Assembly: GCF_037042905.1 (NCBI RefSeq)
Contig: NC_087251.1
Span: 13,394,001-13,458,000, forward strand
Direction: 5' to 3'
From: Lytechinus pictus
Lineage: Eukaryota
DNA length: 64,000 nucleotides
In this document: one piece after another, positions 42,201 to 53,682 of the stretch
How positions within the stretch are numbered: the first letter of the stretch is position 1
Layout of the letters: every line of letters begins with the position of its first letter
Translations under genes and position numbers: made by a program
The notes under the pieces: model-generated
Seen by the model: the letters and a program-made list of their open reading frames with translations, nothing else
The model's database searches: none
What the model was told of the DNA's origin: nothing

Positions 42201-43159
42201 TAGATGAAATATATTCAAGCAAAATTCAGTTGAACACAGAACTATCAATCAATTGCAAATGGTGCCATTTATTAAATGGAAGAATGACAGCCTTCACCTG
42301 AATTTTACCCTAACTAAAATAAATATTTTCCTTTAGAAAAATACTTTTGTATATTTCTTAAAAACTACATGTAGCAAATAATGTGAAGACTGGATGATGA
42401 ATTTAAGTGTTACATAACAGAAAAATCTGTACCTCATAATAAACTTGATAATTTGTAAGCAATACAAATTTAAGAAATTTTGTGATATTGCCCACATAAT
42501 TCACTTTGAGGAATATCTCTTAAGACATGGCATTTGTATTTACTCAATTTCTGTAAGAGATATAAGTCAATAAGTGACCAGTGTAAATTTTATCTAGATG
42601 TGCTGTTTTATGATCTCATCTTTGAATGAAAATCATATTGCATGCTTACATTCCCCTCCCCCTAATAATCTTTAGTGATTATGAAGACATCTGCTAGCCA
42701 TAGCAGGATAGTAGATTCGCCTGAACTACAATACTGGTTACAGCACTTTTTCTCATGATATATGGTAATTAAGTAAGCAGAATGTGATTAACACACACAA
42801 GGGATAGCAATAACTTGAAACAGGGAAAGATGGACTCCATCTATATTATGCTTGACAAATTTCTGAAGGTCAGGTGACCATCTGCATTGGGTTTTTTTTT
42901 TTGTGAAATACGGTGTACACAATATGTAATTAAGAACTGCAATGTTTACCTTTTAAAGCACTGCAGTGTAGTATCATACCAGGTACATAAAGAGTATTGT
43001 TTTACTTTTTACTGTCTTCTTATCCCATAATTATTATTTTTTTGTATACCGGTAATTTCAGTCACTTTCTGTTTTAATCTATAGTCAAACACTCTAAGTG
43101 AGTGAATGATAATTATGAGTAGCAAATCTATTGTTAGCAGGAAGGGAAAAAGTACTTAC

Positions 43160-44934
43160 CAAGTTTCGTCATTCTCAAATTCCAGCTCGCCTTCCACATC
43201 CACAAAGTCGATTCCATTTCCTTTGGCGGTTCCCTCGATCGTCTTGTAGGGAACGCGCACCATGCCTCTTGCTCCAGCAGATCGAACAACCTTGAACTGT
43301 GCCTCTCCAGAGGATTCTGGAATCTTGGCAACTTTGTCTTCAAAGTGGAATATGCCAGCATGATCATCGTCCAGGATGGTGATGGTGGCAAGGAGTGGCT
43401 CCACAATTTGTGCTTGCTGATCATTGCAGTTGCTCTGGAACATCCCGTCAGGGCCACCAACACGGATGTTATTCAGACGCACATAAAAGTGCTCATCCTC
43501 CTCAAAGATATCGTCATCGATGATGCTGAGGGGAATCTCCTTGTGGGTTTCCCCTGGCTTGAAGATTAGAGTTCCCTCAGCATAGTGGTAGTCCGAACCA
43601 GCATTGGCCGTACCGTCTTCTGACTTATAGTCAACATACACGGTGCTGTTCATGTCCCCGCCGAGTCGCGCAACAGTGATGGTAAAATTTCCCACATTCT
43701 CCATGACAGTGTAGTTGGATGGGTCAAAGCATACGCGGGTGATGGAGTCATCCTGCGGTACTTCTATCTTCACTTCTGCCACACTTGCTCGCTTTTTCTC
43801 CAATGTCTTCTTGAGGATATTACCAGCGCCGCACATCTTCCTAGTAGCCTGAATACGGTAGAAGGCCCTGCTCTTTTGCTGGTTGTTGAGGGCTTCATAG
43901 TTGGCCATCTGCTCAAGGGTAGCAAGATCAGCATCTGGGTGTTTCTGTCTCAGTTCCCTAAGAAGGCGAATTGTTTCCTTCCTAGAATCCTCCAAATCCT
44001 TGATGTCACTCACATCTCCATCCAGATCCTTATATCTTTTGCCCTTGAACTCAACGCCATCCATTCCATGATTGAGATGATTCTCATGCATCTCATTCTC
44101 GCCCATCTCCATTGCATTTTGCAAGTTGGACCCCCTCCTAACGACCCTTTCAGCAGTGTACTTTTTCCTGAGAAATCTGTAAAAAAAGATGCGCTTATCG
44201 GCAACGTATGCCCAAATAACAGTCACAGGAAACAGCATCAGTGTTACTATTGCTTCCCACAATTGAATGACACCAGGAGAGAAGAGCTTCAAAATGGCAA
44301 GTAACCACACATAAGCCAATATACTGAATGTAGCGGTAACAAAAAACACTCTTAAATGCTTCAAGCGCCGAAGCTCCCCATTGGGTATACAGTATATACA
44401 TATTGCAATGATAACAAACAGGTTAAATGCTGCACTGCCAACAATTGTTCCTGGGCCAAGATCTCCTGCCTCAAAATTTCGCCCACAAATTTCAATAATG
44501 GAGAGCAGGATCTCAGGAGCTGAAGACCCAAGAGCCATAAGAGTTAAATTAGACACAGTCTCATTCCAGATTCTTACATTCACAGTTACAATCTCTCCAT
44601 TGGGCTTCTTGATAGTGACTTCTTTCTCCTTTGAAGTGATGACTTCAATGGCCGACATGAAGCGGTCAGCAATGATGGACACTCCGAGGAATATGAACGC
44701 AAGTGCAGTGAAGTACACAATAGCTCTGGCGATCTTATCTCCAAGGGTTATGTTCTCTTGCGGTTCCCAGATAGGCAAGATTACTCCCGGTTTACAAACT
44801 GTCTTGTTATTGACATTCTTTGCTGCTTCTGTTCCAGAGACTGTAAAAACTTGAAGAAGCAGAAAGCACAGGATTATCCTCAAGCTAAGACGTGTAGGCA
44901 GCTGCCATACAACAAACCTCCTTGTCTGGGCCAT
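43160..44934 (-). CDS. SLC8A: Na+/Ca2+ exchanger (NCX, SLC8 family), first coding exon: signal peptide, TM1-5, alpha-1 repeat, XIP region, CBD1 and start of CBD2; gene continues beyond the left edge
   Basis: Hallmarks CKPGVILPIWEP, IADRFMSAIEVITS, LMALGSSAPEILL (alpha-1), KSRAFYRIQATR, IIDDDIFEEDE and ILDDDHAG (CBD1 Ca2+ ligands), GELEFENDET. The ORF-track start is TTG; the real start is AAC-ATG-G at 44934 with an in-frame TGA 7 codons upstream. Ends at a phase-2 donor TG|GTAAGT (intron starts 43159). Confidence 0.97.
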
Positions 44935-45205
44935 GTTGTCTGTCAAGCTCTGTGCTCACCTGTCTCCAGCAGCAGAATTGTTCAAATTAGCAAAGTGTAC
45001 ACTGATGTAACTTCAGGCTATCTCTCTAACTCATACATGTAGGTACTCATTGTGACATGTCTCACTTTCTAGAGTTTTAGAGAATGTCTAGTAAATGCTG
45101 ATGTGGAACTGGGTATAGGTCAAAGGTTGGTCTCTATCACACAAGGCTGTTCAGTTCTCACATAGTGGAAGTCCATGTGGAAATGCAATGAACCTCAAAA
45201 AGTAC
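44935..45205 (-). other. 5' UTR part of NCX exon 2
   Basis: Acceptor ttttttcttatctgtatttacccag|GTACT at 45206/45205; contains upstream ATGs. Confidence 0.7.
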
Positions 45206-47917
45206 CTGGGTAAATACAGATAAGAAAAAAGTGGTTATTTTCTTAATATTGTGGTGTAATATTACCACTACCACAACACCAATTCTCTCATATTTTATGA
45301 TGCAGTAAACATGTACTGCCAATTCTACTATAAACTCACATTGTGACAGCTAGAAAACTGTTATCATTCATCCATCCACACTTGTTAAAAAACAGTAACA
45401 TATTTGGATTGTGACTAAACATGTTTTACAGTAATATCAATTTTCCTTCCCTTTCCACATGATTAGCTTTATGGATTATGTCCGACGGTCCACATTTTCC
45501 TAGTTCACATGTGTATAATTCCAATGCCAAATGGTAATCTCTTTTTGTATTATTTGTCATGAAAGCTTAGATATCTTGAACTAATGCAGGAAATGAAAGA
45601 TTTATATACTGCACATCATACGTTATAACTATCATATTGAAGGTCACCAATATCTATCACGCATATGATTATGATCGTGATAATGTTCCATGACCATGTT
45701 CATATTGACACACAAATTAGGAACAGGCTAGTCATATCTTTTAGTATATGATGAGTCTTCAGGACTCTGTTTCAAAAAGTTTCTGCACCCATCTTTTGAG
45801 AAAATGCAATGTCCATCATATTTTACATAGACATCAATGGGAATTTTGGGGGGCCCTAATCACTAAAAACAGAAAACCTACATGCAAATTATGCAAACAA
45901 TAAAGCAGAGATGATATACAACAAGTACAACCTATACTGAATATATTCTGTCACTGTCCTTGTCCTATATATTTAGTCTAAGTACTGTGATTATCATCTA
46001 AATCAATCAGCTGGGGTTTTTGCCCTTTAATACACCCATAACGATGTAACACTACACATCCATTTATAGAACAAGAATGAAACAAGCTCACTCTTTCTCA
46101 CACTATAATCAATCAATAAACAGGGGTTGTTATGTCACTCAACCGATCAACTTCCTGAAAAAAAGAATCAATTCTCAATTGTGTGGATTTCAGCCCAAAT
46201 CAATCTATGGTACACCCCCCCCCCCCATATTCTTTTCACCCTCTTGGCAGTAACAATTGATCCAGATCTGCAGAGTAAGATGCTTTTATTACATTTATAT
46301 TTATATTTCATTCTGCAATAGTAACTTATATGCAATTTCACTATAAAGACATAAGGTAAGGCTCAGGATATTAATGGAGTTCATGCCTTCATGGACAATT
46401 TATAATATTGATTAGACTTATGTGTGTGGTAGGGTGTTGGGCTTAATAACTAGTTTTCCCATAGGAGCAATTGTTGCTTGAGCAATTACCCCCACCCCCC
46501 CCCCCCCCCCCCCTCCGATAAACACATAACTAAGGTATTAGATTTCCAAAGAACCAAGCAAAGAACAATGATAATTTACATTACCCTAAATGAATGTTGA
46601 CACTAAAAAAATTGGTCCTGCTCCAAATATAGGCCTGGCTCAAGACAAGAAATCTCAATCAGTCTGTATGAGACATTAATACACCCCAGAGACTACCAAT
46701 TTGTAAGGGAGCTTCTCAGGTTATACAATTATCTGGTCAACTATAAAACTCGTTAGCTATTAAAATACAAAACCCTAAAGTAAAAAAAAGACTGAGTGAT
46801 ACTACATGTCTCACATCCATGGTGTTATTTCAGTGGCTGATAGTGATACATTTACAAGCCGGGGGGGGGGGGGGTGTCCTATTTTTTGGGAAAACATGAC
46901 AAGCAAAAATAAGTAATCACTACTCACTGGGTGCATTTACATAGATCTACCAAAAAAATTGTCACAAGAATAAGATACATACATATACATGTCTATCTAT
47001 TATAAACATGCAAAAAGTAAAATAACTTTTAGTGTTCTTTGGTTTAGGTCATGGGAACCCCACTATGCACCATTGTATCTAATTTAGAATTGGACAGGTG
47101 TTGACAGCTTATTATGCTCAAATAATGCGCTATGGGGACAGCTAACTTACGCACTAGACTTATCCACCCCTTCCCCCTGTTGTGGCACCTGGGTTCCTTT
47201 TTTTTTTAATTAGCAAATGAGGTTCAAAATAATGGAGGGCAAAAGAAATGTTGTTTGGAGCAGATTGGTCAAGTTTTCTTATACCAAACAAAGTAAATTA
47301 TTGCTGTGTGCAGTGAGGTTGGTGCTGTGGTGCTGAAAATGATGGTAGGGAGGGGCAGTTGCCCCCCCCCCCCCCCCTCACACAAGTTTAAATCTCAGTA
47401 GCTACATGTAACACGTCCCAACATTAATAGATCCAATATTAAAATACTAATAAAATACTATAATCTAGATATAATCTAGATAGCTCTCTTTGCCTACAAA
47501 TTCCATGAATTTCACTGTTGCACATGCAGGTCCCTATCCAAAATTCCAAGCGTACATCCATCTCATTTTCATTCGAATGGCTCTAGTATAACACTTGTTA
47601 CACAGACACAGTAACTGCCGCAGCTGCAAACCCACAACACAGCGCAGGGCCAGAGCGAGCAGAGGCAGGGCTTGCGCTTGGCATGGCAAGCACTGGACTG
47701 GACTGGGCCTGGCCTGGCGCCTGTGACTCGTTTCACTCAACTCCTTATCGTCCACGATCACCGTTAACTTCCAATTTCGGGCTGTGCTCATTTCTTTCAA
47801 CAAGAATTCACCATTCATCTCACCTATTTCACAGAATAGGATCTAATAATATCGTTTAATCCATTAAATTCCAGATAAAACATGAAAAATATCAAATATG
47901 TCACAACCATATCTTAC

Positions 47918-48100
47918 CGGTTTTCGTTGCAGACGATCTCGGGAAACAGCAGCAGCAACAAACAACGTACATATACCGTATAATATATATATCTCGTCAA
48001 AATTCGTCGGCTGCTACGGTACGTACGAAAGGCCTCTCGGATGCTGGTAAAGCTCCATGTATCAGCCGTGTGTGTCTGTGTGTGAGGAGCGGTACGGTGC
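47918..48100 (-). other. Putative non-coding first exon of NCX (5' boundary approximate)
   Basis: Strong donor CCG|GTAAGA at 47918/47917 inside a locally CpG-rich stretch; GC-rich block just downstream in intron 1 (47610-47760). Confidence 0.6.
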
Positions 48101-48154
48101 CGAAATCAACTCAAAACCCGACCCATCACATTTTCGAATCATCTCATTATTCAT

Positions 48155-48162
48155 TGACGTCA
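48155..48162. promoter_or_regulatory. Perfect CRE (TGACGTCA) in the putative NCX proximal promoter
   Basis: tcatTGACGTCAtga immediately upstream of the putative exon 1. Confidence 0.55.
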
Positions 48163-48391
48163 TGAAATAGCGGCAGAGAAAATGATAAACGTACTGTGCG
48201 TGCATGGTATTACCTCCTCTCAAAAGCATATGATACCGGGGGAATAAGGCACAATAATTAAAAAAATAAAAAATACTGATTCAAATGAAAACAAAAATCG
48301 TGCCAACATCAAACACATCGCAAAGGATTACGGATTTTAATCAAATTGAGCAAACACGTCAGGAATAAGCTTATTATGGATAAAGAATAAG

Positions 48392-50116
48392 CAGGGGCGG
48401 GTCCAGCATTTGCCAATAGGGGGGGGGGCGAAATAAATTTCACCCATCTTTTCCCCGATCAGCAGCTCAAAATTGATTTTTGTTTGTTTCTTTGAAGGGG
48501 TAGTCCTTAGCAGTCACAAGTCAAGCCCTATGTAAATCATAGGCGGATCCGAATGGGGGCGAGAGGCACGTCCCCCCCCCCCCCCCATTGGCGGAGCAAA
48601 AATAAATAAATAAAGGGAAAAAGAAAAAAAAGAGGGGAAAAGAGGAGAAAAGGAAAAGGAAAAATAAGAGGAGGAAGACGAGTGAAAAAAGGTGAATACT
48701 TGGAAATAAATATCCCTCGCGCTTCGCGCTCGCATTGCCTGCGAGGTGGTTTACATATCTTGCTCAATATGGAGCTTAAAATATCAAATTTTGAAGTCAA
48801 TATTAAAAACATATTTCAGCTCGGAAATCGAACTTTCATTATTTTGTTTGATTTACAAATTGATTTCTTTAAAGTGCTCTATGCGCGATCGCAAAATTTG
48901 ATTTGTCAGGTAGGCCTACAGATAATTTTCGTGTTTTCCATAAAATTCTCAAAATATCCCAATTCAGGTCTGATTGTCAGAAAGTATCAGTTCGCACTGA
49001 AGGCTTACATTTTGATTGATGAGTATCTCAATATTAAGTCTGTAACAAAATACTTAAAATCCCTATTTCATGACTGCTTATCAAAAATTTCAGCTCGCGG
49101 TTTGCGTTCGCATACATAAGTTGTTAAAAATATATTATCTCATGCATCCTATAATCATAATTACAAAAGAGCTTGAAAATCCAGTTTTCATGCCATATTA
49201 TTAACAAATTTCGCGCGCTCTTTAGGCTTAGGTTTATATTAGATATTAATCTAATAATTAAATTGTCCCTTTTACAAAATAGAATATCGACAACTTTTAT
49301 CTCGCGATTAGGGAGAGGAATAGTAAGATAGTCATAATTTTCATATGACAAAATGTCTTTAGAAGGTCCCGGTCCTATGTCAACACTAGATTTAATGAAA
49401 AATATCGGCTCTTTATTAAGTGCGATCGATCCATATCCACTTCACAAAGTTCCTACAAAGTCCTTGAAATATAGAGCTTAAATTAACCCACATTCAGATC
49501 GGAATATCAAATATTTTAAGCTCGCGCTTCGCGCTCGCTTTATTGATTTTCATTATAAAAAATGTATTTAGAATGCCCATATTCTAGGTCTAAAGCTGGA
49601 CCCGCGCGTGCATGTTAATTCAGATATGCAGCTTGTTGTCTATATTTAAATCATTACCCAGTTTCAGATCAGAATATCCAAAATTTTCTGCTCGCGCTTT
49701 GCGCTCGCATTATCAATCTAGAAAGAGTCCCAATTACTCATCCTTTTCATGATTTACAAAACATGAATAGAGTGTCCTGTATTTCATACACAAGTGAGGA
49801 CCTTTTTTTTTCTTCTTCTTTTTGGCTTGTCAAATCTTACGTCGCACAAAATTACCTTCATTTTTGGTTGAAACCTTTATTTTGTATTTCTATTTGTTAT
49901 TATTTTTTACTTGTCAAATTTTCCTAGGGAAAATATCCTCCCCTTTCGAAAATCCTGGATCCGCCCCGATCATAGTGATTGATTTTCTCGAACAGTGCCA
50001 CATGCTCCCTCTGTTATTATTTGAGAATTGATAATTGAACCTTCATAAAATTATGTAGTTTAATATCAGGAAATTGTCATCTGCGCCCTCTCTATTTCAA
50101 GGGCTGGATCCGCCAC
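48392..50116. mobile_element. Composite/nested hAT-like MITEs (CAGGGGCGG/CATAGGCGGATCC termini)
   Basis: Left ends caggggcgggtccag (48392) and cataggcggatcc (48538); right ends ctggatccgccccg (49968) and ctggatccgccacc (~50116); repeated ctcgcgcttcgcgctcgc motif inside. Confidence 0.7.
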
Positions 50117-50334
50117 CTTTAAAGTGCGCAAACAAAGGCGCACATTGAGGTTCTCAGGGGTTCTTAGCCGAATGGCGTTATCAGATGCCTGGGTGTATAA
50201 AGAAACAATTTCCTTTAATTTCTTTGCCACTTGATCTTTAAATACCTCATAATAGCATGAATAGTGAGGAACAAAGCCAACATGGATTCTTACTGTCTTT
50301 TTTTAGCATAGACCATCTCTCAATAGGCCTATAT

Positions 50335-50548
50335 ACACTCCCAAAACAAATCAGTCAAAATGACTCAGGTCAGCTATATAGCTGGGTGTAACTGTTATTC
50401 TAGTCACATTGACTATTTTTAGTCATATTTTACTAGAACAAGAGTTATTTCTGACTAGAATAGGCTCTATACGTCAAAAATTTGACTACATATTAGTTGC
50501 ACCCAGCTGGCTACTGATCTAGTCAATTTGAGTTCGTTTATACGAGTA
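50335..50548. mobile_element. Degenerate palindromic MITE
   Basis: agctgggtgtaact / agttgcacccagct inverted pair, with repeated agtca/tgact motifs. Confidence 0.6.
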
Positions 50549-50561
50549 TACAGCAGAACTG

Positions 50562-51893
50562 CACACACAAAACACGGTATAAAATTGCATAAGTTAAAAT
50601 AGAATTGTATAAAAATTGCAGAAGTTGTATAAAAAGCATATAGTTGCTTTATAACTTTGCGTTGAATAAAAAAAAATCGAACGATATATTGATAAAAGCT
50701 CAAAATTATTCAACATTGAATAAAACGAGTCACGTGACCAATATTTTCGCGCCAAAGAATTATGAAAGTATTCAACATTAATTGCATAAAAATGAGTCAT
50801 GATTGCGGTTTCGCGCTGTTTCATGCCGCGCGCAAAGGCTTCTGACGTCACTTTTTCTATCGATCGTCGATTGGAAATTGGCGATCAGAAGAAAATTGCG
50901 TGCCCGGTGGAGGAACTTCTCCGAACCTGGGGACTTGATGTCCTGATTGGGCAGTTTAAAGGTGAGTAGTTGACCGTATATTTGAGCGTAGTGTTCACCG
51001 TGGTATCAAGAACAAAATACTGTAATTTTTGTGATTTTATTTTCTGAAATTTGACGATAATAATTGCGTCATGGCTCTGGCATGGGCTGGTGTCCACGAG
51101 CGAGGCCAATGTGACGTTAAACTACCATACCGAGTAGCCTTCGATATGCGGGCTTGATGAGGATCTCTTTGTAAAATAGTGGATCCGGGCAAAGAGTAAA
51201 TTGAAAGCAATTTGTTTATTTTTAAAATATGTCAAATTCGCCTCTTGATTGAGTGCATGGTGTTTCATTGCAGTGTTCCAGTATATACCATTTTAACTAA
51301 CTTTTATGGTTATAACAGTAAAACTAACCAACATGGATTAAAATACAATCTTATCCTCTTAATACAACATTCCTAAAATTTAAGCAATTTATTATTGTGC
51401 TTAAAACAATAAAATTAACCAAACATGGCCTAATATTTATGCAACTCCTTTAACCAACTCAAATTTCAGAAAATAAAATCACCAAAATTACAGTATTTTG
51501 TTCTTGATACTACGGTGAACACTACGCTCAAATATACGGTAAACTCGCCCTTAAACTGCCCAATCAGGACATCAAGTCCCCAGGTTCGGAGAATAGTAAC
51601 AACCTCTTAATATCAAAAATTTAAGCAATTAGTGTGGGTTAAAATAATCAAATTAACCAATGATGGCCTAATATTTATGCAACTCCTTTAACCAACTCCT
51701 AAAGTTAAAAGTTTAAGCAACAAAATTGTATAACACCTTTATCTTATTATTGCTTAAAACATTTAAGCAATTGCTGTATAAACTTTAGACAACTTACTTG
51801 CAGTTAAGTTTTAACCAATAATTAGCTGAGGCTCGGGATAACCAGTGGTTGTATAAATTTTTATACTACTTGTATAAAACAATTCTGTGTGTG
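50562..51893 (+). mobile_element. CACAC-ended (EnSpm/CACTA-like) deletion derivative carrying a promoter and a SAM-domain-like exon remnant
   Basis: cacacacaaa ... ttctgtgtgtg ends; subterminal gtataaaa/ttaagcaa repeats; 50907-50961 translates VEELLRTWGLDVLIGQFK followed by AAG|GTGAGT. Confidence 0.55.
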
Positions 51894-52324
51894 GGGGGGT
51901 TATAAGGGACAGCGCAGGGGTATAGTGTGGGCAAGACAGATCTCTTTTTTTTTCTCTCTCTCCCTCTCAATCACAGCCTATAATCTTTCATTTTTAAGCT
52001 CTCTTTCCATTTCTCTTTCTTCCTCCTTTCCTTCTTTCTCTCCTCCTTTTCCATCTTAGTTTCATTCTCTTGAAAAACCAATGGCCGGGGCGGTTGATCC
52101 CTCAAGGCGCTGATCTAGGGTTCTTGTGAAAAAAAAGGAACACGGGAAAAAGGGAATGGAACATTGAGTGAGTTTCGAAAGTTATTTTGAAAGTTTTGAA
52201 AAAATATCCAAAAGAAACACAAGAATATACATGTATATCTTTGTGAGAGTCATATGCCTATAATATTGGCAGATTGGATATACGTTTACCAGTGGGTCCT
52301 TATGATGTAAAACACATTTTTATT

Positions 52325-52390
52325 TTTGACTGGGGATCGAACCCACGACCTGCTCAGAGGCGGGCGTTAAACTTAATTCTGAGCCACCAC
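52325..52390 (-). other. tRNA-like Pol III head fragment (SINE-type), not a tRNA gene
   Basis: Minus strand GTGGTGGCTCAGAA...GTCGTGGGTTCGATCCCCAGTC; no complete cloverleaf. Confidence 0.5.
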
Positions 52391-53682
52391 ATAATTTGGC
52401 GACAATGACTCCTGAAAAGATGATTCTTATATACAGGGGCGGATCAGCTGCTCGAATAGCTAAAATTCGAGTTGGTTGTAATAACCAAAATAAAGTAATA
52501 TTTTAAACTTTAATTTTAAATACCAGATTAACATTATCATATTACAGTCTAAAGAGATTGTGAGCACGAAACGTGAGCGGAAGTATGCCTACGCATGAAA
52601 AGGGACATATTAAGCACATTTTGTATTACAATCGTGAACAAGATAAAAATGTCTAATTTCATCAAAGTAATAATGGTATACTGATCCCAAAAAGTGTTGT
52701 TGCAAGAATGGATATGATATATATGTATGACACTAAAGAAAAAGGCGTCGTGCATCTCAGTATGCAAATCTCGAGCTCGTTTTTTTTTTACATGTATACT
52801 CAACTATACGCAAGGGACGGAAGTAGGATAATTATATACTTTCATCAAATATAACAAGTGGAACGCCTCTAGTAGTCTCGCCTTCATTACGCGATTCGAT
52901 ATAGCAGCAGTGCATTGAAAACAGCTATTGAATAATTATTCACAAAAGAAAACACTCATAAAATTATGATGATAAAATACTTGACCCAACATGACCATTG
53001 ACCATGATCATGACTGTGACCTACGACGTGTAAAAAACATACTTGATTACCCTTATGTCTATATGTTTCATGAAATACATGTGTAGAGCCAAACTTTCTA
53101 AGTTATGATGCCAATTCAAAATACCCCCAACACGGCCAAAGTTCATTGACCTTAAAATGCCTTTAATATTGGTCATGTGAACTGAAACACGCACAGGATA
53201 TGGCAGGGATACATGGTTACTCTTATGTCCAAGTTTTGTGAACTCAATAAAAAGTAATGATGATCGACAATTCACAAATATAACCCAACATGGTCAAAGT
53301 TCGTTGACCCAAAGTGACCTTTGACCATGGTCATGTGACCTGAAACTCAGGCAGGATCTTCAGTGATACACTATTACTCTTATTATGTCTAAGTTTCATG
53401 AACTAGATCTATATACCGGTAGCTTCTAAGTTTTTACGACATTTCAAAAACTTAACCTTGGTTAAGATATATTGATCCCCCAACATTGTCTAAGTTCATT
53501 GACCCTAAATGACCTTTGACCTTATTGATCATGTGACCTGAAACTCAGGCAGGATGTTCAGTAATACTTGATTACCCTCATGTCCAAGTTTCATGAACTA
53601 GGTCCATACACTTTCTAAGTTATGATGACATTTCAAAAACCTAACCTTGGTTAAGATTTCAATTTTGACGACGCCGCCGCCG

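Noticed and set aside
43345..44854. Plus-strand ORFs overlapping the NCX exon
   Set aside because: Antisense shadows of the real CDS.
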